Source: Candidatus Altiarchaeales archaeon (lineage in GTDB: Archaea > Altiarchaeota > Altiarchaeia > IMC4 > SCGC-AAA252-I15). From it: a stretch of DNA of 64,000 nucleotides. The notes under the pieces were generated by a model. The model did no database searches and had not been told where the DNA came from. It saw only the letters and a program-made list of their open reading frames with translations. The position numbers were made by a program, and so were the translations under genes. Numbering within the stretch: position 1 is the stretch's first letter; each line of letters opens with the position of its first letter. Below are positions 18,954-29,188 of the stretch, in pieces. The DNA is taken from contig WJMO01000005.1 of NCBI GenBank assembly GCA_014727915.1, positions 416,001 to 480,000 on the forward strand, in the 5' to 3' direction.

Positions 18954-19202
18954 TTACTGTTGTAATCTTATCGTATGCCCTTTCAACGAAGCCTTCCGGG
19001 CCTTGGTCTTGGAGCGTATCTCCTCAGTGACCTGGTGCTTGTCCCTCTCGCCGAGTGAGGACTTGAGCATCTTGACATTGACTTTCTTGTGCTTTCTGAG
19101 TATGGTCCTTATCTCGGCGATCAGTTCAGGAGTCACTCCCTTCTTTCCAACCCGGACGGTGATGTCCTGTTCACCGGGCTTTTCCCTTGAGCTTCTTGAC
19201 AT
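18954..19202 (-). CDS. YhbY/CRM-domain RNA-binding protein
   Basis: TVRVGKKGVT...I...LRKHKKVNVKML...GHTI. Confidence 0.8.
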   Translation of the reverse strand: MSRSSREKPGEQDITVRVGKKGVTPELIAEIRTILRKHKKVNVKMLKSSLGERDKHQVTEEIRSKTKARKASLKGHTIRLQQ

Positions 19203-20154
19203 TCTTAGAGCCTGTCAGGAACATGGCCGTCCTGAACTCGGCGATGAACAATTCGACGTATTCCCTCACTGCCTTCTCCCCGCCAGATCCGTAGGCGCGC
19301 AGCACTGGCAGGGCTGCCCCGACCACGTCGGCGCCCAATGCTATGCACTTGGCCGCGTCCAACCCGTTCCTAACGCCTCCCGAGGCTATCAGCGGCTTCT
19401 TCACCCTGCTCAACTCCGCGATGGACTCTGCTGTCGGGGTGCCCCAGTCGGCGTATGTGACTCCGACAGACTTCATCTTCCCGTTGGTTCGGTGGCTTTC
19501 CACGAGGCTCCATGACGTCCCTCCCAGTCCTCCGCAGTCCAGGGCGGCGACCTTCAGCTTCCGGGCGGTCTTCAAGTCCAACCCGGAACCCACCTCTTTC
19601 ACAATGACTGGCACGTCCATTTTGGAGGCGACCGCGTTGATCTTCCCCGTCAATCCCCTGAAGTCGGTGTCGCCTTCGGGTTGTATGACCTCCTGCAATG
19701 GGTTGAGGTGCAGTGCCAGGGCGTCCGCGTCGATCATCTCGACAGCCTTCCTGCAATCCTCCAGACCGTATCCGCAGTTCAGCTGGACCGCGCCCAGGTT
19801 CCCGATCAACAGTATGTCTGGGGCTGCATCCCTCACCTTGTATGTCGTCGCTAGCCTGGGGTTCTCGAGGGCTGCCCTCTGGCTGCCCACGCCCATGCCA
19901 AGCCCGTATTCCTGCGCTACCCTCGCCAGTGCCTTGTTAACCTTCCTTGCCTCGCCGGTACCGCCGGTTATGGCCTCGAATATCAGGGGGAAATCAAGCC
20001 GCTTCCCGAGGAATCTCGTGCTGGTCTTCACCTCTGAGAGGCTTATCTCAGGGCTTGCCCTGTGGTCCAACCTGACCAGGTCGAAACCGGCATAACCTGC
20101 CTCCACATCCTCTTCCATGCAGATTCTCAGATGGTCCTTTTTCCTGCCTTTCAC
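19171..20154 (-). CDS. fni: Isopentenyl-diphosphate delta-isomerase type 2
   Basis: RKKDHL.IC, AITGG, GVGSQRAAL, HLNPLQE.IQPEGD, VKEVGSG, GGTSW; probable GTG start at 20154. Confidence 0.93.
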   Translation of the reverse strand: MKGRKKDHLRICMEEDVEAGYAGFDLVRLDHRASPEISLSEVKTSTRFLGKRLDFPLIFEAITGGTGEARKVNKALARVAQEYGLGMGVGSQRAALENPRLATTYKVRDAAPDILLIGNLGAVQLNCGYGLEDCRKAVEMIDADALALHLNPLQEVIQPEGDTDFRGLTGKINAVASKMDVPVIVKEVGSGLDLKTARKLKVAALDCGGLGGTSWSLVESHRTNGKMKSVGVTYADWGTPTAESIAELSRVKKPLIASGGVRNGLDAAKCIALGADVVGAALPVLRAYGSGGEKAVREYVELFIAEFRTAMFLTGSKNVKKLKGKAR

Positions 20155-20205
20155 CGTAACTGAAATTAAGACGCAGTAGGATATAAACATGTATTCGAAA
20201 AACAC

Positions 20206-20541
20206 ATGCAGATGAGGCTTAAAATAACCTATGATGGGCGGGAGATGGGATTGCGGGCGGTCTACATATCCCTCATGCTGTTCATAAAGCTCTCCCTCCT
20301 GTTCTACCCGTTTCCTCCGTTGATAGTCGCGAAGTTCCCATTCACCCTCGTGGACTTGGCTGTCATACTGGTGCTCTTGAGGCTGGTGGTCGCTGATAAC
20401 CGCGTCGGCTACGTTCTCTCGGTGCTTTTCTTCACGGTCACGACCGTGGGAGTGATACTCTCATATGGGGTCCTCGACCTAGCATGGCCCTTCTATCTGA
20501 TAGCGGTGGTAGCTGCGCTGACTAAGGCGTTGAAGAAATGA
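20206..20541 (+). CDS. Hypothetical membrane protein
   Basis: Three to four hydrophobic segments. Confidence 0.6.
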   Translation: MQMRLKITYDGREMGLRAVYISLMLFIKLSLLFYPFPPLIVAKFPFTLVDLAVILVLLRLVVADNRVGYVLSVLFFTVTTVGVILSYGVLDLAWPFYLIAVVAALTKALKK

Positions 20542-20553
20542 CCTTGGATGGGT

Positions 20554-21543
20554 TCACATGTTCCTGTCTATGAGGAAGTCGGCTATCTCGATGAGGCTAT
20601 CTTTGGCTTCGCAGTCGGGTAGTATTCCCAAAGCTCGTTTCCCCTCCGATATGAGCTCCGCGACCCTTTCATCCGCGTATTCTATGCTTCCGGTCTCGCC
20701 GAGCTTGTCTATTGCCGCCTTCACGTCCTCGTCGGATGCGCTGTCATTGCCCAACACCGCCTTTATCATGTCCCTGTCTTCCTCGCATGCTTTGGCGAGG
20801 GCGTGGACTATTATCAGGGTCTTCTTCCCCGACCTTATGTCCGACCCCACTGGTTTGCCCAGCTTTTTCGCGTCGGCGGTGAGGTCGAGCACGTCGTCTT
20901 TGATCTGGAACGCGACTCCGCAGTTGCTACCGTATATTCTGAAGGCTTCGAGTTGCTCTTCGCTGCCGCCGCCGACGATGCACCCTATCTTCACCGCAGC
21001 CTCTATCAGCGCCCCCGTCTTCTTCCCGATCATGGTCATATACTGGTCTTCTGTGACCTGGTCGTCCTTCTCGAATAGCATGTCCATTATCTGCCCTTCC
21101 TGGAGTTCCGTGTTGGCTTCCACGAGGGCTTCAACGGCCTTTAGTACTCTCGAGTCCTCTACGCCCTTGTTCCGCATGTCGATGAGCGCCTTGAAAGAGC
21201 TTGAGTAGAGGGTGTCTCCGATCATGATGCCCATCTCATCACCCCATATGCTGTGGACTGTTGGCTTCCCCCGCCTCTCCTCGTCATGGTCCATTATGTC
21301 GTCGTGGACGAGGGTGAACGTGTGCAGCAGCTCCACCGACGCCGCGGCGGGGAGTATGGACTCCGGGTCTCCCCCGACCGCCTCGGCGGCGAGCAACGTG
21401 AGACAGGGCCTTATCCGCTTTCCCCCCGCGTCCAGGGGGTGCAGTATCATCTTCTGGATCTTCTCATCCCCTATCTTCGAGTACTCCCTCATCACCGGCT
21501 CCACTGCCGCGCACCGGTTGATTATGACCTTCTTCACGTCCAT
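20554..21543 (-). CDS. idsA: Geranylgeranyl diphosphate synthase (polyprenyl synthetase)
   Basis: GGKRIRP, LVHDDIMD..RRG (FARM), KTGAL, FQIKDDVLD (SARM). Confidence 0.92.
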   Translation of the reverse strand: MDVKKVIINRCAAVEPVMREYSKIGDEKIQKMILHPLDAGGKRIRPCLTLLAAEAVGGDPESILPAAASVELLHTFTLVHDDIMDHDEERRGKPTVHSIWGDEMGIMIGDTLYSSSFKALIDMRNKGVEDSRVLKAVEALVEANTELQEGQIMDMLFEKDDQVTEDQYMTMIGKKTGALIEAAVKIGCIVGGGSEEQLEAFRIYGSNCGVAFQIKDDVLDLTADAKKLGKPVGSDIRSGKKTLIIVHALAKACEEDRDMIKAVLGNDSASDEDVKAAIDKLGETGSIEYADERVAELISEGKRALGILPDCEAKDSLIEIADFLIDRNM

Positions 21544-21659
21544 GATGTGTAAATACTATCCCCTAATCCCTATTTATACCATCCCCAAACGTCCGGGTTT
21601 AAATGTTAAACCTCCAGTATTTATATTTTGGTTTCAATTTTTGACATAGGTGCGGGGCG

Positions 21660-22427
21660 ATGGTTCATGAGCGGATTTCTGACATCATGACCCATAGGGT
21701 CATCACAGTCAACGAGTCCATGACAGTCTACGATGCGGCCTGCGCCATGGCGTCCAAGAACGTGGGTTCCATCCTGATAACCGAGAAAGCATCTTTGAAG
21801 GGCATACTCACCGAACGGGACATCCTCCGCCAGATAGGTCAGGGGAACAACGTTGATAAAATGCTAGTCTCCGACCTGATGACGAAGAATGTGATGACCG
21901 TCACATCAGACACCAGAATATCGGATGCTGGCAGGATCCTCGTGGAGCACAGGTTCCGCCGGCTGCCTGTGGTAGACGGCGGGGTGCTGGTTGGTATCGT
22001 GACCTCCACGGACCTGGTGTTCGAGCTGAACTCCCATCAGATATCAGGGCACATAAGCGATTACATGAGCACCACAACCTACACTGTCCGGTCTTCAGCC
22101 TCTGTCGGCGACGCGGTGGAGGTGATGATCAAGAACAACATCGGATCGGTGATCGTAGTGGACGACGATGACATCAAGGGCATACTCACCGAACGGGACG
22201 TGTTGAAGGCAGTTGTAGCCAAGAAAAAATCTTCCGACACCATCATATCCGAGGTCATGTCCCGCAACACACTGAACGTCCACCCCGACACGCAGATAAG
22301 CCACGCCTGCCACCTCATGTACTACAACGGCATTCGCAGGTTCCCCGTAGTAGACTACGACCACAAACTCGCCGGCATGATAACCGAACGAGACCTACTA
22401 CAAGCACTCATAAAACTCACAAGCTGA
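21660..22427 (+). CDS. CBS-domain protein (four CBS repeats)
   Basis: Repeated GILTERD / RRLPVVD motifs. Confidence 0.9.
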   Translation: MVHERISDIMTHRVITVNESMTVYDAACAMASKNVGSILITEKASLKGILTERDILRQIGQGNNVDKMLVSDLMTKNVMTVTSDTRISDAGRILVEHRFRRLPVVDGGVLVGIVTSTDLVFELNSHQISGHISDYMSTTTYTVRSSASVGDAVEVMIKNNIGSVIVVDDDDIKGILTERDVLKAVVAKKKSSDTIISEVMSRNTLNVHPDTQISHACHLMYYNGIRRFPVVDYDHKLAGMITERDLLQALIKLTS

Positions 22428-22444
22428 GACTCTGGATTTTTTGC

Positions 22445-23101
22445 CTACTGGACTCCCTTCACAGTTTCCACTTTAACTTCTTCCAGGCTTTCCACTATCA
22501 GGTCGGGTTTTTGCCTTTCCAGTTCTTCTTTTGTGTGTGTTCCTGTGGTGACGGCGATGACTTTCATCCCCGCTGACTTAGCTGCCTGCACTCCGAACAC
22601 GGAATCCTCCAATACAACGCAGTCTGATGGTTTGGCATCGAGTTCTTCCGCTGCCTTGAGGAATATGTCGGGTTCCGGTTTGCTCTTCAGTCCTTCGCTG
22701 CGGTAGACTTCAGCGTTGAAGTATTCTCTCACCCTGCAGGCGTCAAGTATTGCCTTACCGGTGTCGGGGGTGTTCGCCGTCGCCAACGCCAGCTTAAAAC
22801 CCGCGTTCTTCAGCGAATCCAAGATTTCAACCGCCCCGGGGAGCAACTCGCAGGTGCTCAGGTTCTCAACCACCTTCCGACGGCGTTTCACCACGAAATC
22901 GTCGTAGTCCACGTCCTCAACCCCCTTCTCCTCGAAGAAGGTCCTCGCGATCTCCTCTGCAGTCCGGCCGTAATGGGATTCCAGGTCCTCCCGGGCGAAC
23001 TCCAGCCCGTATTCCTCCGAAACAAGCTCCTGGAAGCCTCTAAGGTGCAATTCGAACAGGTCCACCAATGTGCCGTCCAGGTCGAAGATGACATAGTCCA
23101 T
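22445..23101 (-). CDS. HAD family phosphatase (beta-PGM-like)
   Basis: IFDLDGTLVD, KPEPDIF, EDS..GVQAAKSAGM. Confidence 0.9.
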   Translation of the reverse strand: MDYVIFDLDGTLVDLFELHLRGFQELVSEEYGLEFAREDLESHYGRTAEEIARTFFEEKGVEDVDYDDFVVKRRRKVVENLSTCELLPGAVEILDSLKNAGFKLALATANTPDTGKAILDACRVREYFNAEVYRSEGLKSKPEPDIFLKAAEELDAKPSDCVVLEDSVFGVQAAKSAGMKVIAVTTGTHTKEELERQKPDLIVESLEEVKVETVKGVQ

Positions 23102-23145
23102 AGAAGAATATATTATGCAACAAAAACAATTATAAGACAACTAAG

Positions 23146-24096
23146 ATGAAATCGCATTCAAACGCCATCGCATACCCGGGGTTGCCGGTGGTGTTCGCCG
23201 AAGGCTTCAGAGACTACAGGAAGAGGATATCAGGCCACAGCCACGCGAGCTTCGCCATAACAGACGCCTACGAGACCGTGAAGACCGAGACCAGCGCGGA
23301 AACTGTCAAAGCAGGGGTCGAGTTCACATTCGAAGGAAAGAGGCCAGCCGACCCCCGCTCGTCCGCCACCATGGACGTCATCCGCGAGATGATCTCCCTC
23401 GCAGCCGAGCGCACCGGCGTAAACGTCAGCTCCATCAACCACGGCATACTCACGGGCAGCAGCGACTCAGGCGCCGCAGCGCTGGTCACCGCATTGGACG
23501 ACCTCCTCGGCCTGAACCTGCCGCTGTGGCAGCTCAACGAGATCGCTAGCAGAGTCAGCGAAACAGCTTACAGGAGCCTCATCGGCGGTTTGAGCGAGCA
23601 CGTCATAAACGACGAAGGAGACGTCCGCATACGGCAGCTGAAGAAGGCCTCAGCATTCAAAGACCTAATGATCTACGCGATACCCTTCGATCTGAAGAGG
23701 TTCAGCGCAGACGACCTTCACAAGCGCGTGTCACAGCACCCCCGGTACAGCGACCGCCAGCTCCAGGTCGAATACAGGCTGGAGAACCTCAACAACCTAG
23801 CCAGGGGCGGCGACCTCCAGGGCATACTCGAATTGATGGAGTCCGAGGCCCGGACAGTCCATCAGATGTTCAATGATTTGGGGATGGAGGTCATCAAACC
23901 CGATATGAGGGAGGTCACAGAACTCGTCCAGGACATGCGGTCCAGCAGCCTGAAGGTGTACTGGAACGTCGCCGGCGGCAGCACAGTCTACGTTTTCACG
24001 TTGAAGAAGCATGCCAAGGAGGTGACCCGCGAGCTCAAGGACCGCGGATTTAAATACAAGCACTTCAAAGTAGCTGATGGGGCTAGAGTCATATGA
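23146..24096 (+). CDS. GHMP family protein resembling Thermoplasma mevalonate 3-kinase
   Basis: AYPGLPVV, NHGILTGSSDSGAA, VSETAYRSLIGGL, NVAGGSTVYV; recalled similarity to Ta1305. Confidence 0.7.
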   Translation: MKSHSNAIAYPGLPVVFAEGFRDYRKRISGHSHASFAITDAYETVKTETSAETVKAGVEFTFEGKRPADPRSSATMDVIREMISLAAERTGVNVSSINHGILTGSSDSGAAALVTALDDLLGLNLPLWQLNEIASRVSETAYRSLIGGLSEHVINDEGDVRIRQLKKASAFKDLMIYAIPFDLKRFSADDLHKRVSQHPRYSDRQLQVEYRLENLNNLARGGDLQGILELMESEARTVHQMFNDLGMEVIKPDMREVTELVQDMRSSSLKVYWNVAGGSTVYVFTLKKHAKEVTRELKDRGFKYKHFKVADGARVI

Positions 24097-24335
24097 TGGA
24101 CTTGATTGGTTGGCTGTCCAGCATGTTACATGGCAGTGGCAGGTACGTTTCAAGCAGGCACTCCCGGGAGCACCTATACCACAGCATCGAATGCGAATGC
24201 CCCTACCTCAAGAACATACAGAAAGGGAACAAGATATTCTACAGGAACCGGGACCGGGCTGCCAGCAACGGACTGAAATACTGCAGGATATGCCGGCAGC
24301 AGACGATGCAGAAAACACTCAAAGACTACACTTGA
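24093..24335 (+). CDS. Small metal-binding protein (Ada Zn-binding-like)
   Basis: YVSSR....YH...C.C....I...N...A...GLKYCRIC pattern. Confidence 0.6.
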   Translation: MMDLIGWLSSMLHGSGRYVSSRHSREHLYHSIECECPYLKNIQKGNKIFYRNRDRAASNGLKYCRICRQQTMQKTLKDYT

Positions 24336-24376
24336 CCCTCTTTTATACTTTTTTTACGAGTATCTTGTGATGTAAG

Positions 24377-25309
24377 ATGGCTGAAGGATACGGTTACGGG
24401 AAGACCATACTGTTCGGGGAGCATTTTGTCGTCTACGGGTTGCCAGCGATCGCGTCCGCGTTGGGCAACAAGACCACTGCGGTCGTGGAAGACGCGGGCA
24501 AGTACGAGCTCGTGGACGACCGGCCTGCAACGCCCCAGTACAAGAAGGAGAAATACGAAGAGCAGGTCGAATCCAACAAGCTCATATTCGACGCCTGCAA
24601 AGTGGACGTCGAGAAGACACCCCTGAAGATAACGTTGGCTGGTGACCTATACGCGGCCTCGGGTGTCGGCGCGTCCGCCGCGTCCGCTGCAGCCATCGCA
24701 AGGGCGTTGAACGACCACTTCCAACTCGGCTACGACGACAAGCGCATCAACGAAGTAGCCTACGAGGGGGAGAAAGGCTACCACGGGAAGCCCTCGGGTA
24801 TCGACAACACTGCAGCAGTCTACGGGGGTCTCATATGGTTCGTGAAGAACCTCGAAGGCGGTGCGAACACCATGGAACGGTTGAAGATGCCCGAGCCCAC
24901 GGAGATAGTTTTGGGCAACACCGGGCTGACCTCCAGCACCAAGGAGGTCGTCGGCGACGTGCGCGCCAACAGGGAAGCCGAACCTGAAAAGTATAAGAAG
25001 ATATTCGATGAATACAGTGAGATCGTGAAGTCAGCACGTGAAGCGCTCACCTCAGGAGGCCTGAAGGCGGTGGGCGAGCTGATGAACCGGAACCACAACC
25101 TCCTACAGGAGATAACCGTCTCCTGCAAGGAACTGGACTTCCTAGTCGAGCTCGCTCTGGACAACGGAGCCTACGGGGCCAAGCTGACAGGCACCGGCCG
25201 AGGAGGCCTCATGCAGGCATTGACGCCCGGGAAGGAACTCCAGGACAAGGTCGCAGCCGCCATGGAAAAAGAGGGTTTCACCACGTTCAAGACCCGGATA
25301 GGCGTCTGA
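24377..25309 (+). CDS. mvk: Mevalonate kinase
   Basis: GKTILFGEHFVVYG.PAI, SGVGASAA, HGKPSGIDN, GAKLTGTGRGG. Confidence 0.93.
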   Translation: MAEGYGYGKTILFGEHFVVYGLPAIASALGNKTTAVVEDAGKYELVDDRPATPQYKKEKYEEQVESNKLIFDACKVDVEKTPLKITLAGDLYAASGVGASAASAAAIARALNDHFQLGYDDKRINEVAYEGEKGYHGKPSGIDNTAAVYGGLIWFVKNLEGGANTMERLKMPEPTEIVLGNTGLTSSTKEVVGDVRANREAEPEKYKKIFDEYSEIVKSAREALTSGGLKAVGELMNRNHNLLQEITVSCKELDFLVELALDNGAYGAKLTGTGRGGLMQALTPGKELQDKVAAAMEKEGFTTFKTRIGV

Positions 25310-25317
25310 AATCCCGC

Positions 25318-25755
25318 CTATCCTACCAGGTCCATCCACAGTGCTATCAATAGCGCGACCCCGGAAAGGGCGAATATTATCAGGAAGTTGGCCTGCTCCT
25401 TCCAGTTGTCCTGGCTGCACACGATCTCCGCCAGCAGCATGTACTCGCTTTCGCTGAGGTCAGAGCCGGAGACGAGCTTCTCCTTCAACCCCTCAGACCT
25501 TATAATCTTCGACCTCCTCCGCGACTCCCTGTACTTGAATATGAAGAATATGAAGAAACCCGCAACCCCCACATACCATGACAGTCTCGCGTACATGGGA
25601 TTAACACTGTCCAAAGGGCCTATTACCCTCAAAGCGACCGTTGCAATAACGCCGATGAGGAAGAATATCCAAGAACTCTTTGAGTCCCTGCACACCCCCC
25701 TCATACTGCATGTGCGACATTCAGATCCAGCCATTATGAGATTAATAAACAACAC
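25318..25755 (-). CDS. Hypothetical membrane protein
   Basis: Three TM segments; N-terminal CxxC..C. Confidence 0.65.
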   Translation of the reverse strand: MLFINLIMAGSECRTCSMRGVCRDSKSSWIFFLIGVIATVALRVIGPLDSVNPMYARLSWYVGVAGFFIFFIFKYRESRRRSKIIRSEGLKEKLVSGSDLSESEYMLLAEIVCSQDNWKEQANFLIIFALSGVALLIALWMDLVG

Positions 25756-25769
25756 CCAGTTAAAAAAGT

Positions 25770-26051
25770 TTACCTATTCTTTCTCTTCTCTTCCATAGTA
25801 AGCAGGTCGAGCTTGGCCCTGTCGGTCGTCAATTCGTCCTGGAGCTTGACTATGATGTCCTTCATCTTCCGGTTCTGGGCCAGCAGCTTCCGGATCTTCA
25901 TGGACTTCTGGTCGTCGTACCTGCGTCCGTACTCGTCTATGGCCGCTTCCTCAAGCTCCTTCTCCCGCTTCGCAAGCTCCTTGGCAAGCCGGGCGTTCTC
26001 AAGCTTCAGCTGCTTGTTCTCCTCAAGCACTTCCCCCAGATCCCATGACAC
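25770..26051 (-). CDS. Hypothetical coiled-coil protein
   Basis: Heptad-rich, charged sequence. Confidence 0.6.
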   Translation of the reverse strand: MSWDLGEVLEENKQLKLENARLAKELAKREKELEEAAIDEYGRRYDDQKSMKIRKLLAQNRKMKDIIVKLQDELTTDRAKLDLLTMEEKRKNR

Positions 26052-26119
26052 CGTAGGACACCATTAACTCTACTTGCCGGCAGGCTATAAAAACCATCCA
26101 GTAACCTCATGGAAATGAT

Positions 26120-26503
26120 TCAATCCACTGTCACGGTGTCGCCGTCGACTTTCACAGTGTCCCCGGTCTTTATCCTGCTGATGTCCACCTGGTCGACGGC
26201 GGGTATGTCGCTGATTATGCAACCCACGGCGACGATGGTCTCGCACTCGCTGTTTATCATCGCCTTCGGGCCGGTTCCCAGCTTCGCCAGCTGGTAGATG
26301 GTGTAGGGGCCTACGGTGCTTCCCTTCCCGAATGGGAATACAAGGATCTTATCCTTTACGGAGACGCCGTCGAGTGCGTTGTCCTTGTCCGCTATCTTCC
26401 CTGTCTCAGGGTCAACGCCCCCGTAGAATGATATGGGGTCCTTCGAGACCAAAGCTTCACCCTCCACGGTTCCCCTGTTGATTATCCTTCCCTTCATCTC
26501 CAT
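26120..26503 (-). CDS. Aconitase X small subunit (DUF126); phosphomevalonate dehydratase small subunit
   Basis: EGEALVS..PISFYGGVDPETG, FPFGKGSTVG; adjacent to DUF521. Confidence 0.9.
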   Translation of the reverse strand: MEMKGRIINRGTVEGEALVSKDPISFYGGVDPETGKIADKDNALDGVSVKDKILVFPFGKGSTVGPYTIYQLAKLGTGPKAMINSECETIVAVGCIISDIPAVDQVDISRIKTGDTVKVDGDTVTVD

Positions 26504-27693
26504 TTTCCAGTCACCGCCGCGTCAAGGCACTGCTCGAAGCTGCCGGTCTTCACCAGCATCTTGTTCTTGCCCCGGCAGTAGAAGCATGCCTTAGCGCTTG
26601 TAGTCGCAACGTTCTTGAACCTGCCCTTCAACGGGGCCACCACCATGCACGTGTCGCATGCGAACTTCCCCCCCGCCTTCTCTATAACTTCCGTGTAGCC
26701 GCGGGTGTCCGACAGCTGCTTCGTGGGCCTCGCAGTGGCAATCCACAATTCAACACCGTCCTTCACCTTCTTTCCCTCCAGGAAGTCCGCTATCTCGCCT
26801 ATCTCTGCTATGGAGCAGTGGGGGCATCCGAGGGACACGAACTCTATGTCCCCGGTGTCGTCGTTCAGCGAATCATATGACTCCTTCAGGTCCTTCGCAG
26901 TCACCGTGATGCTCTCACCCGGCGCCTTGTGCTTCTCGGCCTCCGGGGTCATGTCCTCGATGTGGTATATGGGTTTGCTTCCGTAGGTGACCACCGAGGC
27001 GCCGAAGCTCTTAAGCTGGTCAAGCGAAGCAGACTTCAAACCCCTGATGTAGGGTATCTTCCCCTTGGCGTTGTTGCCTATGAAGTACCCTAGGGCTCCG
27101 AAGTCCGGCAGCGACTTCACATCGGCTTCCACTTCGAAGGTTATGTCAGGCTCCCTGTTCTCCTCCAGGTGCAGCCCGTAGGCGGGTGTCTTACCGATCA
27201 TCGCCGCAGCTATGGCGGACGGCCCGCCCTCCCGGTTGGTGCGGGCGCCGACAACCGAGTTGATGAAAGTGACAGCTGATGATTCGCTCCAGGCGATGTG
27301 CTCCCCATAGTGTGGGAGGTTCCCTATCAGATATGGGGTGCAGCTGCAGCATGTTATGACTCCCATCCTCTCAAAGGCTTCGATGACCTTCTCCTGCTTC
27401 TCGGCGAAATCCGGGGATATGCCCAGGTTCTTCCAGTTCTCCAGGTCCATCCCGGCAGGGTTCAACGTGGTCGTGACCTTCACCTGCCCGTCCTCCGCCA
27501 GCTCCGCCAGGTATTCGAGGCCGGGATCTCCCAGGTTGTGGTAGGATACTCCCGCGATCTGCACGGACCTTATGGGTATGAGGTTCTCCGCCCCGTATAT
27601 CTCCCCCAAGGCGACGAGTATCTTCATGCTCTTCGCAGCGGCGTTTCCCGCCCCTCCCGCGAGGATATTCTCCTCCTCCTTCGTCAGATGCAT
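26494..27693 (-). CDS. Aconitase X large subunit (DUF521); phosphomevalonate dehydratase large subunit
   Basis: TTLNPAG, CSCTPY, AWSESSAV..NSV.GARTNREG, LGCPHCS, DTCMVV. Confidence 0.92.
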   Translation of the reverse strand: MHLTKEEENILAGGAGNAAAKSMKILVALGEIYGAENLIPIRSVQIAGVSYHNLGDPGLEYLAELAEDGQVKVTTTLNPAGMDLENWKNLGISPDFAEKQEKVIEAFERMGVITCCSCTPYLIGNLPHYGEHIAWSESSAVTFINSVVGARTNREGGPSAIAAAMIGKTPAYGLHLEENREPDITFEVEADVKSLPDFGALGYFIGNNAKGKIPYIRGLKSASLDQLKSFGASVVTYGSKPIYHIEDMTPEAEKHKAPGESITVTAKDLKESYDSLNDDTGDIEFVSLGCPHCSIAEIGEIADFLEGKKVKDGVELWIATARPTKQLSDTRGYTEVIEKAGGKFACDTCMVVAPLKGRFKNVATTSAKACFYCRGKNKMLVKTGSFEQCLDAAVTGKWR

Positions 27694-27749
27694 TACACTA
27701 CACCCTGGTATCCGATGAGGTTATGTATTTGAAAACTCTTTAAAAACGT

Positions 27750-29033
27750 TCACTCGCCCAGGTTGGCCTTCAGGAACGCATCCCTGTCCTTGTCCCAGGG
27801 TATCGTCGCGTCCAACGCCACCTTCGCGGTCATAAGCCTGTCTGAGCCTTCTATCTTGCATGCGCTGGCGTCCAGGCTGGAGCCCTTGTCCTGCCAGACC
27901 TTGGCGTCCTTGTCCATCTGGCACCTTGTCGCAATAGCCCACTCCAGGTCGTTGAGGTCGTATATGTCTATGTCGTCGTCGACGACGATGCAGTGCTTCA
28001 GGCTTCCATGGCCTTTGAACGCCGCCTCCCCTGCCTTGATGCCGTCGTCGTCGTTCTTCTTCTCTATCTGCACTATGGCGTGCAGCCAGCTGCACCCGCC
28101 CGGCGACAGCATTACGTTCTTGCAATTCGCCACCTCGTTGACGGCCCTGTAGATGGTGGGTTCCTTGGGCATGCCCATCAGCAGCCGGTGCTCGTTGTAT
28201 GCGGGCAGTAGGCCCTGGTATATGGGGTCCTTCCTGTGGGTGATGCACTTCACCGTGAACACGGGCTCGTCCCGTACCTTGTCGAAGGTCCCGCTGATGT
28301 CCGGGAACGGACCCTCCTCGTGGGTTTCCGAAGCGGTGATGGTGCCCTCCAATACGAGTTCCGCATCCGCTGGTACCTCAACGTCTATGGTCTTGCACTT
28401 CACCAGCTCCACCGGTTTCATGGAGTTGGCTATCGCCAGCTCGTTGACGTCCGGTTTAGTCGATATCGAAGCTGCCAGCGAGACGGTCGGGTGAAGGCCG
28501 AGGCATATGGCGACCTCCAATGGGTCGTTCTTCTGCATGTACTTGTAGAGGTCACGGTGGCATATGCGCGCCACCAGCTTGTCCTTGGCGACGGGGCTGG
28601 CCCGGTGGTAGTCCGCGTTCAACCCCCATTCCTCGTCGTTGGCTATCCACACGCCCGCGCTTATGTAGGGTCCCAGGTCGTTGCTAGCATGTGTTAGTAT
28701 GGGTATTCTGGAAAGGTCGGCTTCCTTCTCCACCACCTCCTGGCAGACTCCCTTCTCAACCCTCTTGGGCTCGGTCGGCTTGTCGATGACCTCTGAGATC
28801 TTGAAGAGGAGCTCGTCCCTTTCGATGCCCATCGCCCTGGCGAAGTTGTCCCGTGACGCGCACACGCCGGCGACCACCCTGTACTCCGACCCCTTCACTT
28901 TCTCGAAGAGTATCGTGTCCTTGGGATGCTGTTTGATTATCTTCGCCGCCTCAAGCTTTGGGTCAACCTCGTCCGTTACGTGTATGACCTTCTCTTCCCT
29001 CTCAAGTTCCCCTATGAAATCGCGCAAACTCAT
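27750..29033 (-). CDS. UbiD family decarboxylase, probable anhydromevalonate phosphate decarboxylase
   Basis: MSLRDFI, EEGPF.D, EHRLLMG.P.EP, VVDDDIDI...LEWAIATR; in an operon with the AcnX pair. Confidence 0.88.
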   Translation of the reverse strand: MSLRDFIGELEREEKVIHVTDEVDPKLEAAKIIKQHPKDTILFEKVKGSEYRVVAGVCASRDNFARAMGIERDELLFKISEVIDKPTEPKRVEKGVCQEVVEKEADLSRIPILTHASNDLGPYISAGVWIANDEEWGLNADYHRASPVAKDKLVARICHRDLYKYMQKNDPLEVAICLGLHPTVSLAASISTKPDVNELAIANSMKPVELVKCKTIDVEVPADAELVLEGTITASETHEEGPFPDISGTFDKVRDEPVFTVKCITHRKDPIYQGLLPAYNEHRLLMGMPKEPTIYRAVNEVANCKNVMLSPGGCSWLHAIVQIEKKNDDDGIKAGEAAFKGHGSLKHCIVVDDDIDIYDLNDLEWAIATRCQMDKDAKVWQDKGSSLDASACKIEGSDRLMTAKVALDATIPWDKDRDAFLKANLGE

Positions 29034-29188
29034 GTTAATCCACCCTATGTAATTTCCGTGAAAGAGTATATGCAGGTGACTATAAAAAAATCAGCGGTTC
29101 ATGGCTTGGGATCGGACCTGAGGACGAACTCTGCCTTTATCCCCGCGTAATCGCCTTTTGGACACTGGCCTGGCTGGCGTGGTTGGGA

